Source: a virus (Duplodnaviria; Heunggongvirae; Uroviricota; Caudoviricetes). Taken from it: a stretch of 11,684 bases of DNA. Positions 1 through 8,785 of this stretch are shown one piece after another. Positions within the stretch are counted from its first letter, which is position 1; the number at the start of each line of letters is the position of its first letter. The notes beneath the pieces were generated by a model. The model did no database searches, was not told the DNA's origin, and saw only the letters and a list, made by a program, of their open reading frames with translations. The stretch is taken from the IMG/VR virus record IMGVR_UViG_2585427784_000006. One strand, written 5' to 3'. A program made the translations under genes and the position numbers.

Positions 1-591
1 ATGTCTCGAATTTTTGCTTACTGTCGGATATCAACGCTGGATCAGACCACCGAAAATCAACGCCGGGAAATCGAAAGTGCAGGTTTTAAAATCAAACCTC
101 AGCAAATAATCGAAGAACACATTAGCGGCTCAGCAGCAACCAGTGAGCGTCCTGGTTTTAACCGGTTGCTTGCTCGCCTGAAATGTGGTGATCAATTGAT
201 TGTGACAAAACTGGATCGCCTTGGTTGTAATGCAATGGATATCAGGAAAACAGTGGAACAACTGACCGAAACAGGTATCAGAGTGCATTGCTTAGCATTG
301 GCTGGCATTGACCTGACCAGTCCAACAGGAAAAATGATGATGCAAGTAATTTCAGCAGTCGCTGAATTTGAACGAGACCTTTTACTTGAACGCACTCATT
401 CCGGGATAGTAAGAGCCCGCGGCGCAGGGAAACGTTTTGGTCGACCACCTGTGTTAAATGAAGAACAGAAACAGGTGGTATTCGAACGAATTAAGTCAGG
501 TGTAAGTATAAGTGCCATTGCCCGGGAATTCAAAACCTCGCGGCAAACCATTTTAAGAGCCAAAGCAAAACTTCAGACACCTGACATATAA
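1..591 (+). CDS. pinQ: Serine recombinase / DNA invertase of the Pin/Gin/Hin family
   Basis: 196-aa ORF, ATG at 1-3, TAA at 589-591. N-terminal catalytic motif YCRISTLDQ (serine nucleophile) and C-terminal helix-turn-helix region typical of small serine invertases. Lies next to a tail fibre assembly gene. Pin paralogues (pinE, pinR, pinQ) are near identical, so the Q suffix rests on the surrounding Qin-type genes. Confidence 0.9.
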   Translation: MSRIFAYCRISTLDQTTENQRREIESAGFKIKPQQIIEEHISGSAATSERPGFNRLLARLKCGDQLIVTKLDRLGCNAMDIRKTVEQLTETGIRVHCLALAGIDLTSPTGKMMMQVISAVAEFERDLLLERTHSGIVRARGAGKRFGRPPVLNEEQKQVVFERIKSGVSISAIAREFKTSRQTILRAKAKLQTPDI

Positions 592-688
592 AAAATAATC
601 TCGGTGTGAGATGCTTTACGTCTTCCAAGCCCCCTTCCTTGCCGTAAATGGAAAGATACATCTAATTATAGAATTTATATGTTTTACC

Positions 689-1264
689 CTACGGCAGTGC
701 TGGCCATTCAATATCCTGTGCAGTTGACGTATCAACACGGTTCAGCAACACCCGATACTTTTTCCAGGCTTCCAGCAATGAGGTTTCTTCCTCCGTTGCG
801 ATTTCCAGATCTACAGCATCCTGAAGTGGCGCAATATGCTCACTGGCTACCTGCATCAGGCTGTTTTTTGTTTCTTCCGCCTCTCGGATCCGGAACAGTT
901 TTTCTGCTTCTGCATCTTTCACCCAGGCTGTGCCGTTCCACTTCTGAAACTCCCCTTCCGGCGATAACCAGGTAACATTTTCCGGTAACGGACCGAGTTC
1001 AGAAATAAATAACGCGTCCCCTGACGCTACGTCATAAACCGTTTTACCCCGATGGTCTTCATCGAGATGCCACGATGCCTTATCACTGTTGAAAACAGCC
1101 ACAAAGCCAGCAGGAATATCTGGTGGTGCAATATCGGTACTGTTTGCTGGCAGACCTGTATGAGGCGGAATATATGCGTCACCTTCACCAATAAATTCAT
1201 TAGTTCCGGCCAGCAGATTATAAATTTTTATGGTCCGTGGTTGTTCACTCATTCTGAATGCCAT
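689..1264 (-). CDS. tfaQ: Tail fibre assembly protein (Tfa family)
   Basis: Track ORF 689..1270 begins at a TTG; first ATG is at 1262-1264, giving 191 aa starting [18 protein letters not shown], which I recognise as lambdoid Tfa. Its start overlaps the end of a short upstream stf-like frame, as at stf/tfa junctions. Confidence 0.85.
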   Translation of the reverse strand: MAFRMSEQPRTIKIYNLLAGTNEFIGEGDAYIPPHTGLPANSTDIAPPDIPAGFVAVFNSDKASWHLDEDHRGKTVYDVASGDALFISELGPLPENVTWLSPEGEFQKWNGTAWVKDAEAEKLFRIREAEETKNSLMQVASEHIAPLQDAVDLEIATEEETSLLEAWKKYRVLLNRVDTSTAQDIEWPALP

Positions 1265-1325
1265 TATCAAGGCTGTTCAGATTGCGGATGGCATTCTCAA
1301 GCCCCTTCATCCCACACCTCTTTAC
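1245..1325 (-). pseudogene. Possible 3'-terminal remnant of a side tail fibre (stf) gene
   Basis: A 26-codon open frame ([26 protein letters not shown], stop TGA at 1245-1247) ends 15 nt inside tfa, the overlap expected of stf/tfa. Upstream it is closed by a stop at 1326-1328, directly beside the stop of the preceding head-tail gene. Positional inference only. Confidence 0.3.
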
Positions 1326-1597
1326 TCAATAAAGATCATTGGCTTACCGTTAAAACGTTCATGCCGTGTGACCGTCCATTGTTGTCCGTCATAAACAACG
1401 CGATCCCCGCGCCGTGGGCGGTATCCCGAAGAAAACACCACCAGAGAGACCGCAGGTCCGGACAGAGCATTCAGCTCTGCCAGTGTTTCTCCCGGGATCA
1501 CAGTCATATCGACATCATTAATCGAGGCTGTCTTTCCCATCTTTCTGACCGTGATCGCATCCATACGCGCTGCCAGCCGGGAAAAGGGATCAGACAT
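1322..1597 (-). CDS. Putative phage head-tail joining / tail attachment protein (gpFII-like)
   Basis: 91-aa ORF, ATG at 1595-1597, overlapping the stop of the upstream gene by 8 nt (translational coupling). Contains a PRRGDRVVYDGQQWTV segment resembling the RRGD region of lambda FII from memory. Confidence 0.5.
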   Translation of the reverse strand: MSDPFSRLAARMDAITVRKMGKTASINDVDMTVIPGETLAELNALSGPAVSLVVFSSGYRPRRGDRVVYDGQQWTVTRHERFNGKPMIFIE

Positions 1598-1913
1598 TGA
1601 GTTTTACCGGCACTTCTTCTGCACTGGTTCCGGCATCTGCCCAGACAACCCCGACCAGCGGCTCAGAGCCGCTGTTAGTCAGCTGAACTTTTCCTGACTT
1701 CAGATAAACCTTCTTACCCGTTTTCATGTCATCCGTTTTCAGCTTAGGCAGCATAAACACACCTTCGGTTATGCCGTCGCCTGTTTCTCCCTGTGGAATA
1801 TCGGTCAGCGCCACCGCAAAAACATCCCCCACCTGCACCAGATCTCCGCTGCTGATGGCTGCACTGGCAACAATCGCCACCGTTTTTCCTTCTTCTACAA
1901 AATTCTTTGCCAT
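1590..1913 (-). CDS. Small phage head-associated protein (DUF2190-like)
   Basis: Track ORF 1590..1958 begins at a TTG. ATG at 1911-1913 is preceded by GGAGA and gives 107 aa starting MAKNFVEEGKTV. Gly/Val/Thr-rich; resembles the DUF2190 family usually encoded just after a major capsid gene. Confidence 0.5.
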   Translation of the reverse strand: MAKNFVEEGKTVAIVASAAISSGDLVQVGDVFAVALTDIPQGETGDGITEGVFMLPKLKTDDMKTGKKVYLKSGKVQLTNSGSEPLVGVVWADAGTSAEEVPVKLNV

Positions 1914-1999
1914 AACTGTCTCCGCACAGCCCCGTTCAGGGGCTGATTTCAGGTACAAAAAAAGCCCTTACGGGCCATCAGAGTTGTTGTCTGCGACGT

Positions 2000-3985
2000 T
2001 TACGCCGTACATTTCACCAGGCCGCGGTGATCAACTGGCGCAACACCAGCGTCAATACGCACTTTCGTTGTCACGCCATCCACACTGAAGCCCTCCATCT
2101 GATCAATATATGGCGTATCCACACCGTTGAGATAAGCCACTTCAATCGTATCGGAGCCTTTGGACGCAGCCAGGTAGAAGGTGGTCTGGCTGTTATCATC
2201 AAGACGAGGCTCTGCAATAACGGTCGCAAAATCTTTCACCGGGTTAATAATACCGGCGTTAATGTCAGCCCCCTTGACACTTGAGGAGCGAATGACCTGG
2301 TTAGCAACAGACTCCATCGCCGTCGGTACCAGTACGAACGCAGGACGAATATTCAGATGACGCTCACCCTCTTTCTGAACGCGCATCAACTGGCGGGCTT
2401 TATCCAGCGATGCCACGTCCATTGCCGCGCTCTCCAGTACGTTTGCATGTTTCGCTTTATCGAACAGACTTACATTATCTGTGGAGATTTTCGGGTTAGA
2501 CGTCAGAATGGCATAAACCAGATCGGCAATAGTGGATTTCGCCGCACGGCCCAGCTTCATCGGGACATCGGTCAGCATATTCAGATCATCATTGATAATG
2601 GCCTGACGGGTGATACTGAACAGCTCGCCATAGGTCGCCAGTGCAATAGTGGCCTGTTTATCTCCGGTGGTGACGTATTTATATTCTGCCCCTTCACGCA
2701 CCTGACGCAGAGCACTGAAGCCCCCCATACCCACACGATGGGCAATTTTAAAATCAGACAACTGACCTTTCCGCGTCCACTGTTCATAGGTTTCAGGGGC
2801 ATCTTCCCAGCCCTGCAGAATGGCTTTGTTCGCAACATCCAGCAGAATATTACCGAAGTCAGACGTACTGTGTGTGAACGCCGCACCGACCATCTGCATC
2901 GGGTTATAACTGGAAACACCAATACCACGTTCAGTCAGTGACATACGGGCATATTCACGCAGGGTCATCCCGTTGTAGACATTATCACGTTCAGTTTTTT
3001 CAAACCCGGCGCGCGCCATCAGCGCCTGGCGGATCCCGTCCCCCACAAAATTACCGTTACCGGCATAAATATGAGCCGGGGGATTTTTATTGGATGGCGT
3101 GGACTCGCGCCCCATCTCGTTCAACAGCTTTTCGCGGGCCTGCTCCAGCGAACATTCAGGATCGGCAAGACACTGAGCCTGCAACGACTGATAGCCGGTC
3201 ATGGCATCCATAGCTGGCTGAAAATATTCACCGCAGTGCGGACATGGCCAGTACCAGCGGCGGCGGTCACCACGATTGTAAAGGGAAAGAATACCAGTCG
3301 TCGGTGGCGCTTCATGAGGCGACTTACGTCGCCATTTGCTGTCGCAGATGTCACGTCCCGGCGAGCTCTCCACCAGAGTCATCCCGGCGGACATAAATGT
3401 GGTGGTACGTTTTGAGGCCAGGGAGAAACCATCACCCTCGCTGTCGATATTCTCCGGAAAACGGTCGTAATCGGTTAAGGCGACAAACCGGTAATCCGAC
3501 GACGACATAATGTTGACCGAGGGCCAACCAATTTTAAGGAACGAGCCATCCCTGAACGTCTTATCATGGACATTATTGTCGTTACGACGTGGACTCATTC
3601 TTTTCTTTACCGCCGCACTGCTTCTGAACGTTCTGTCGAGGCGCTTTTTAGAATGCTCGCGGGCCTTATCTTCGGTCATCTGCACAACGAGCATGTCCGA
3701 AGGATCGCAAACGATGGTATAGACAATCCATCCATCGATCAGACCAATGGTCTTCCCTGTTCGCGCAGGACCAACAAAAATCACCGCATCGTATTCACGC
3801 GATGCCAGGCAGTTCATGGGCTCAATGATGTAGGGTGTCAGTTCAGGATCCCATGGCACCGAGTTACCAGCCCCCTTGGGAACACGCATGAATTTTTTAA
3901 CAGCCTCCGAAATCGGCATGCGACGTGGTGGGGAAAATCCTGCCGATATGTCCCTTCCCAAATTTCGGGCTGATGAAAAACCCAT
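2000..3985 (-). CDS. Terminase large subunit (lambda gpA family N-terminal ATPase); identity of the C-terminal half uncertain, possibly capsid-derived
   Basis: 661-aa ORF, ATG at 3983-3985 preceded by AGGAGG, TAA at 2000-2002. First ~290 aa align by eye with lambda gpA: Walker A-like VGPARTGKT and a WYWPCPHCGEY ... CLADPEC zinc-finger region. The remaining ~370 aa is Ala/Ser/Thr/Val-rich and looks capsid-like rather than nuclease-like. Confidence 0.7.
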   Translation of the reverse strand: MGFSSARNLGRDISAGFSPPRRMPISEAVKKFMRVPKGAGNSVPWDPELTPYIIEPMNCLASREYDAVIFVGPARTGKTIGLIDGWIVYTIVCDPSDMLVVQMTEDKAREHSKKRLDRTFRSSAAVKKRMSPRRNDNNVHDKTFRDGSFLKIGWPSVNIMSSSDYRFVALTDYDRFPENIDSEGDGFSLASKRTTTFMSAGMTLVESSPGRDICDSKWRRKSPHEAPPTTGILSLYNRGDRRRWYWPCPHCGEYFQPAMDAMTGYQSLQAQCLADPECSLEQAREKLLNEMGRESTPSNKNPPAHIYAGNGNFVGDGIRQALMARAGFEKTERDNVYNGMTLREYARMSLTERGIGVSSYNPMQMVGAAFTHSTSDFGNILLDVANKAILQGWEDAPETYEQWTRKGQLSDFKIAHRVGMGGFSALRQVREGAEYKYVTTGDKQATIALATYGELFSITRQAIINDDLNMLTDVPMKLGRAAKSTIADLVYAILTSNPKISTDNVSLFDKAKHANVLESAAMDVASLDKARQLMRVQKEGERHLNIRPAFVLVPTAMESVANQVIRSSSVKGADINAGIINPVKDFATVIAEPRLDDNSQTTFYLAASKGSDTIEVAYLNGVDTPYIDQMEGFSVDGVTTKVRIDAGVAPVDHRGLVKCTA

Positions 3986-3993
3986 TATTCCTC

Positions 3994-4521
3994 CTAGAGA
4001 CTCTCTCCTTCCTCATCAGGAATTAATTCAGCAGCACAAGCCTCGTAGGATTTTTCCTGAAGAGTGTATCGCAGGTCATCAATGGCCTGCTGTACAACGC
4101 CGACGGCCTGAGGAGTCAGGGCGCAATCGCGTTCAAGAACATCCGGAATTGTCTCCAGAACCTGGACGACAGCCTTTCTCATGGACGAATAGACGATGAC
4201 TACTTCATCAACTGGGATGAGTTTTCGCTGCTCCTTTTCCAGCTTGATCCTTTCATTTTCAGACTGGTACCAGTCCTTTCTCTCTTTCGGCTCCATACGG
4301 GATGGATCATGAACAGAGTCTGCTGCCTCATGCTTCACACTAAACAGGGCGGGCCCGACATGCTGCAGGGCGTAAACGGGGTTCCCCCTGACAGTCGCAG
4401 CCACAGGAGTGTTGGCCGCGAGGAGCCGTTTTTTTACTGTGTCCCGGTGAAGCCCAAAGGCCTCGGCGATTTTAAAAACACTCCAGTAATAAGCATCACC
4501 GATCCCGCTCACATTTGACAT
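3994..4521 (-). CDS. nohA: Terminase small subunit (lambda Nu1-like, NohA family)
   Basis: Two in-frame ATGs, at 4531-4533 and 4519-4521; the second has a GGAG at good spacing and gives MSNVSGIGDAYYWSVFKIAEAFGLHRDTVKKRL, an N-terminal HTH like Nu1. Stop TAG at 3994-3996 lies inside the RBS of the large-subunit gene. A cos site lies ~185 bp upstream. Confidence 0.8.
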   Translation of the reverse strand: MSNVSGIGDAYYWSVFKIAEAFGLHRDTVKKRLLAANTPVAATVRGNPVYALQHVGPALFSVKHEAADSVHDPSRMEPKERKDWYQSENERIKLEKEQRKLIPVDEVVIVYSSMRKAVVQVLETIPDVLERDCALTPQAVGVVQQAIDDLRYTLQEKSYEACAAELIPDEEGESL

Positions 4522-4533
4522 AAGCAACTCCAT

Positions 4534-4724
4534 CTGGCAGGTGAAAATCAGGTTTATTTATATATTTCAATTAATTGCAAACTGGTCTAATGACAGGGAG
4601 AAAAAAATATTGTACAGGTGAAAAGAGAAATAACTTTTAATTATCAATAAATTACCAAACATGCTGCCGCCGCCATGGAAATGCAAAAACTAGTCTTTTT
4701 CCGCGACGCTCCCGCCCCGTGGCA
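4534..4724. other. cos site: cosN-like core plus cosB-like TerS/IHF binding region
   Basis: Minus strand reads CGGGTCCTCCCAGTGGGGGTCCCTGCCACGGGGCGGGAGCGTCGCGG, close to the lambda cos junction as I recall it (...CGGGTCCTTTCCGGTG...TTACGGGGCGGCGACCTCGCGG). The 12-mer aligned to the lambda cohesive end is + 4706..4717. Between it and terS: IHF-consensus TATCAATAAATTA at 4642-4654 and two exact direct repeats CAGGTGAAAA at 4538-4547 and 4615-4624. Confidence 0.7.
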
Positions 4725-5083
4725 GGGACCCCCACTGGGAGGACCCGACAGCCTGACAACCGTGACGAGCATCTGAAACAGAGCTTTACATAATGGCATG
4801 GGGATAATTCAGAAGGACATCACAGCATGCCCACACAAATTAGTGTGAGTGTCCTGTTTCTTACTACGCGCAGGACTGACGAGCATGAGGGGAAAATACG
4901 CGAACCGAAATGCCTTATCTTCAGAAATGCAGCCGGCATCCGAACTGGACGATATTGTAAATTCACCTAAATACGAGGCATTGCTGTAGTTGAATTGCAG
5001 TACTGTATTAGCCTTACAGTGACAGAATACGATATTGACTCTGTCACTTGTGAAATGGTCAGAATGGTTAGCAGTTATGGTGA

Positions 5084-5290
5084 TCAGTCAACCACCAGGG
5101 AATAATCCTTCGTATTCTTATCGTGCTTTACTAACGCGGCCTCAATTGCCCTGAATGCTTCCAGAGATACTTGATGTTCTATACATGCAATTACAACATC
5201 CGGGTAACCCATCGAAATGGTGCTATTAAGCATAGTTTTTACACGAACCTGCTCCTGGGAGGGGGCATCAGTGTATTGATCTTTATGCAT
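5084..5290 (-). CDS. Conserved lambdoid right-arm small protein (homologue of the ~68-aa ORF near the lambda right end)
   Basis: 68-aa ORF, ATG at 5288-5290 with GGAG upstream, TGA at 5084-5086. Protein (..[46 protein letters not shown]) and the first ~150 bp downstream closely match the lambda right-end sequence as I recall it. Confidence 0.6.
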   Translation of the reverse strand: MHKDQYTDAPSQEQVRVKTMLNSTISMGYPDVVIACIEHQVSLEAFRAIEAALVKHDKNTKDYSLVVD

Positions 5291-5585
5291 TTTGTCGCTC
5301 CATTCGTTTGCTCTTCACTTGCGGCTAAAAATATAACGTCAAATCACTCAGCATGAAAGAGTGAAAGTTTCAGCGCGTTTCCCTTACATAATCTGTCGTT
5401 TGTATTCTCTTCAGGCATACCGGAAAGACTAGGTATTGTCACACAACCAATACCATCGACAATCGAGATTTATATCTATTCGGTAATGTTTAAATATAAC
5501 AAAACCCCGTAAAAACGAGGTTTATGGGTAATTTGTATTGTTGAATAGCATCTGATGAGAAATTGATGCTAATACTATAAACATG

Positions 5586-5759
5586 CTAGATTAAATCAAT
5601 CTTGATATCATAGCTTTCAAGACCAGTCATTTTTTCCCGTGCAGTAAACTGGATACTGGTAACTTCTTTCCCGGTCTTTTTCTTAAGCTCAATGATTTTT
5701 TTTGTTATATATTCAGAAATATCTGCTTCTGTTTTTGTTTTTAACTCTTCAATGTTCAT
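5586..5759 (-). CDS. gnsB: GnsA/GnsB family protein
   Basis: Track ORF 5586..5852 has an upstream extension; ATG at 5757-5759 after AGAGGAA gives 57 aa MNIEELKTKTEADISEYITKKIIELKKKTGKEVTSIQFTAREKMTGLESYDIKIDLI, matching GnsA/GnsB. Confidence 0.85.
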   Translation of the reverse strand: MNIEELKTKTEADISEYITKKIIELKKKTGKEVTSIQFTAREKMTGLESYDIKIDLI

Positions 5760-5931
5760 CATTTCCTCTTTTAGTCTGTTATGACTGTCCTGGTACACAG
5801 TAGTGTCAATTATATGGAGCAAACGTATAAAAGATAAGATGAAACATCGCAATAATCAACATACGACGGTCTAAATTTCACACAAACAGATAAAGATGAT
5901 TATCATTTATTATCAATGCATTAGAATCAAA

Positions 5932-6162
5932 TCAATTCAAGAGTCTCATTGCTGCTTCCAGAATTTCTTCTGAAGTTACATGTCGATCCGCTGCTACATA
6001 AATGACTTTATGATCTCCGGTCAGAGATGGAAACCCTGCGGCCATTACAGTAAGGTATGTTTTTTCGCCATTTGGATATTCACGCATGATGGTGTTAACT
6101 CCAGTCATCGCTGGCACTACCACTGCTGGTTCAGAGTTAAAAAAAACTATGATTTTTTTCAT
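5932..6162 (-). CDS. ynfN: Small protein, YmcE/YnfN-like (cold-shock-associated partner of gns genes)
   Basis: Track ORF 5932..6204 begins at a TTG; ATG at 6160-6162 gives 76 aa starting MKKIIVFFNSEPAVV. Sits between cspI and gnsB as ynfN does in Qin. Symbol assigned from memory of length and synteny; weak RBS. Confidence 0.45.
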   Translation of the reverse strand: MKKIIVFFNSEPAVVVPAMTGVNTIMREYPNGEKTYLTVMAAGFPSLTGDHKVIYVAADRHVTSEEILEAAMRLLN

Positions 6163-6433
6163 GATGTTACCGTAGTATGTGAGTATCCATCGAATAGATA
6201 CCAAGCAAAAAAGCTCCCGAAGGAGCCTTCATTTTCACTTTTTTAAATCCAACGACAGACGGCTGGCATTTAAGTATTGTGAAATATTATCAAATGTAAT
6301 CATCATTGATTTACAAAAGATACATTTTGCCCCGAAAGGATTCATGTCAGAAACATCAAAAGATGATGTTCTATACTGGGAACCATGACAACACGGGCAT
6401 CTAAAGTGAATATGGTTTGTAATATTGTCTACC

Positions 6434-6646
6434 TCAAAGCGCCACTACATGAACAGCGGCAGGACCTTTAGGTCCGTTCTCAATACCAAATTCAACTTCC
6501 TGATTCTCAGTTAATGTTTTGAAATCGTTGCTCTGAATTGCTGAGAAATGGACAAACACATCTTTGCTGCCATCTTTCGGCGTGATGAAACCAAAACCTT
6601 TTTCAGGGTTAAACCATTTCACTAAACCAGTCATTTTGTTAGACAT
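6434..6646 (-). CDS. cspI: Cold shock protein (CspA family)
   Basis: 70-aa [41 protein letters not shown]... with RNP1 (KGFGFI) and RNP2 (VFVHF) motifs. ATG at 6644-6646 in an AAAAGGTAATAAT-ATG context typical of cspA-family genes. Sequence matches my memory of CspI. Confidence 0.9.
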   Translation of the reverse strand: MSNKMTGLVKWFNPEKGFGFITPKDGSKDVFVHFSAIQSNDFKTLTENQEVEFGIENGPKGPAAVHVVAL

Positions 6647-7009
6647 AATTATTACCTTTTGAAGAAATTAGCCCTTGGGCAGAATGGTCCGAAAAAAAAT
6701 ATCAGAGAGAAAAACCAACAAGGAAATCTCAAGAGGTACAAATAATAAAATTATAACAATGACTGCTTCAGATAAATTTGTAACAAACCAGAACACCATT
6801 AACGCATGATTAACCACCCATAGCAAGGATTACTTTTGTAAAGAAAAAAACAGCAATGAAAGAATAGCTTTATTTATTAATAATAACGTGTCATTCTGAT
6901 TAAGACCTTTTATCTTACCCTTAAGATTTCAGGAATTTTGGCTCATGGAAGAGTCCTTTTTATTTAAATTTTACATTCCGCGATGTAAATGTTCCGATTT
7001 AATATTACC

Positions 7010-8033
<1,024 letters not shown>

Positions 8034-8037
<4 letters not shown>

Positions 8038-8345
8038 ATATATTTATGATGAGGACGCTCGTGCTTATTGGCAGGATTTTCAATCTTAAAGGAGTACTGA
8101 TGCTGCAGATAAGACTCAACTTTTTCTGACAATTTTTCTGCTACTTCCAGGAAGACTTGCCGGACGCTCCTTCTGGCTGCTGCCTCATAAAACTCCAGCG
8201 CAGCTCCTTCAACACGGTCCATGGCGACATCCAGGTCAAAAATTTCACCGTCAAAGCGTTCCTTGTCCTGTAAGGCTACAGTTACCGTAACTTTATTCTC
8301 AAAATTACGGACTCCTTTCACAACCAGTTCATAGTCTTGAGTCAT
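8034..8345 (-). CDS. ydfR: YdfR-family protein of unknown function, encoded between holin and endolysin
   Basis: 103-aa ORF MTQDYELVVKGVRNFENKVTV..., ATG at 8343-8345 preceded by GAGGAGAG, stop overlapping the endolysin start. Matches my memory of K-12 YdfR. Confidence 0.75.
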
Positions 8346-8349
8346 TGGA

Positions 8350-8565
8350 TTACTCTCCTCTCGCAGCCTTACGCCTGTCTTCTTTAATCTTGAAATAAAG
8401 ATTTGTCAGATACGTCAGCAGGCCAAAAACCAGGCTACCCAGCACACCGATTGCAGCCCACTGTGACGGAGTTACTTTATCGAGTAACTGCAATGCCCAG
8501 AAACCAGCATTCCCCGCCGATGTGCCATAGGCAACACCTGTTGTTAACTTATCCATTGATTTCAT
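8350..8565 (-). CDS. essQ: Class II holin (S21-like pinholin)
   Basis: Track ORF 8350..8643 has an upstream extension; ATG at 8563-8565 preceded by GGTGAGGA gives 71 aa [71 protein letters not shown] with two transmembrane segments and a basic C-terminus. Pairs with the SAR endolysin. Confidence 0.85.
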   Translation of the reverse strand: MKSMDKLTTGVAYGTSAGNAGFWALQLLDKVTPSQWAAIGVLGSLVFGLLTYLTNLYFKIKEDRRKAARGE

Positions 8566-8785
8566 ATCCTCACCCCGATGTACACGGATGGTGCAATATG
8601 TTTGAAAAAGATCGGAGTCTACGGGGTAGTTTTGACAGCACACGTTGTTCTCAACGGCGCTAAAGAAACATACACATTAAAAATGTGAGTAATTATTTTG
8701 AAAGAAAGTCATATATAAAATAATAATACGAGAAATGTTTTCATATTTAGTGTACTGTATACGGCCATTTATACAGGAAAAGCCT

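Noticed and set aside
192-395. Minus-strand ORF inside pin
   Set aside because: Lies wholly within the well-supported invertase gene on the opposite strand and has no start context.
592-688. Search for a gix/hix/cix-like 26-bp crossover site (AAACC-NN-GGTTT core) in the pin-tfa spacer and across the window
   Set aside because: No match found. The nearest palindromic stretch (CTTCCTTGCCGTAAATGGAAAG, ~627-648) lacks the conserved core, so I do not call a recombination site.
679-2088. Plus-strand track ORFs 679..975, 1052..1600 and 1726..2088
   Set aside because: Antisense shadows of tfa, the FII-like gene and the DUF2190-like gene. They have no RBS and unusual Cys/Trp/His-rich composition.
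2027-3973. Seven plus-strand track ORFs (2027..2284, 2357..2941, 2938..3213, 3071..3415, 3510..3722, 3566..3973) and minus-strand 2581..2928 inside the terminase region
   Set aside because: All lie within the long, RBS-supported terminase ORF, on the opposite strand or in another frame. Their translations are low-complexity, Arg/Cys/His-rich and show no recognisable motifs; they are typical shadow ORFs.
4309-5356. Plus-strand ORFs 4309..4518 and 5171..5356, and an unlisted 53-codon plus-strand ORF at 4827..4988
   Set aside because: The first two are antisense to terS and to the right-end ORF. The 53-codon frame sits in a spacer that is collinear with non-coding lambda right-end sequence and has only a weak AGGA; kept as unlikely.
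5980-6388. Plus-strand ORFs 5980..6246 and 6179..6388
   Set aside because: Antisense to the ymcE-like gene or lying in the AT-rich spacer next to cspI; no RBS and low-complexity products.
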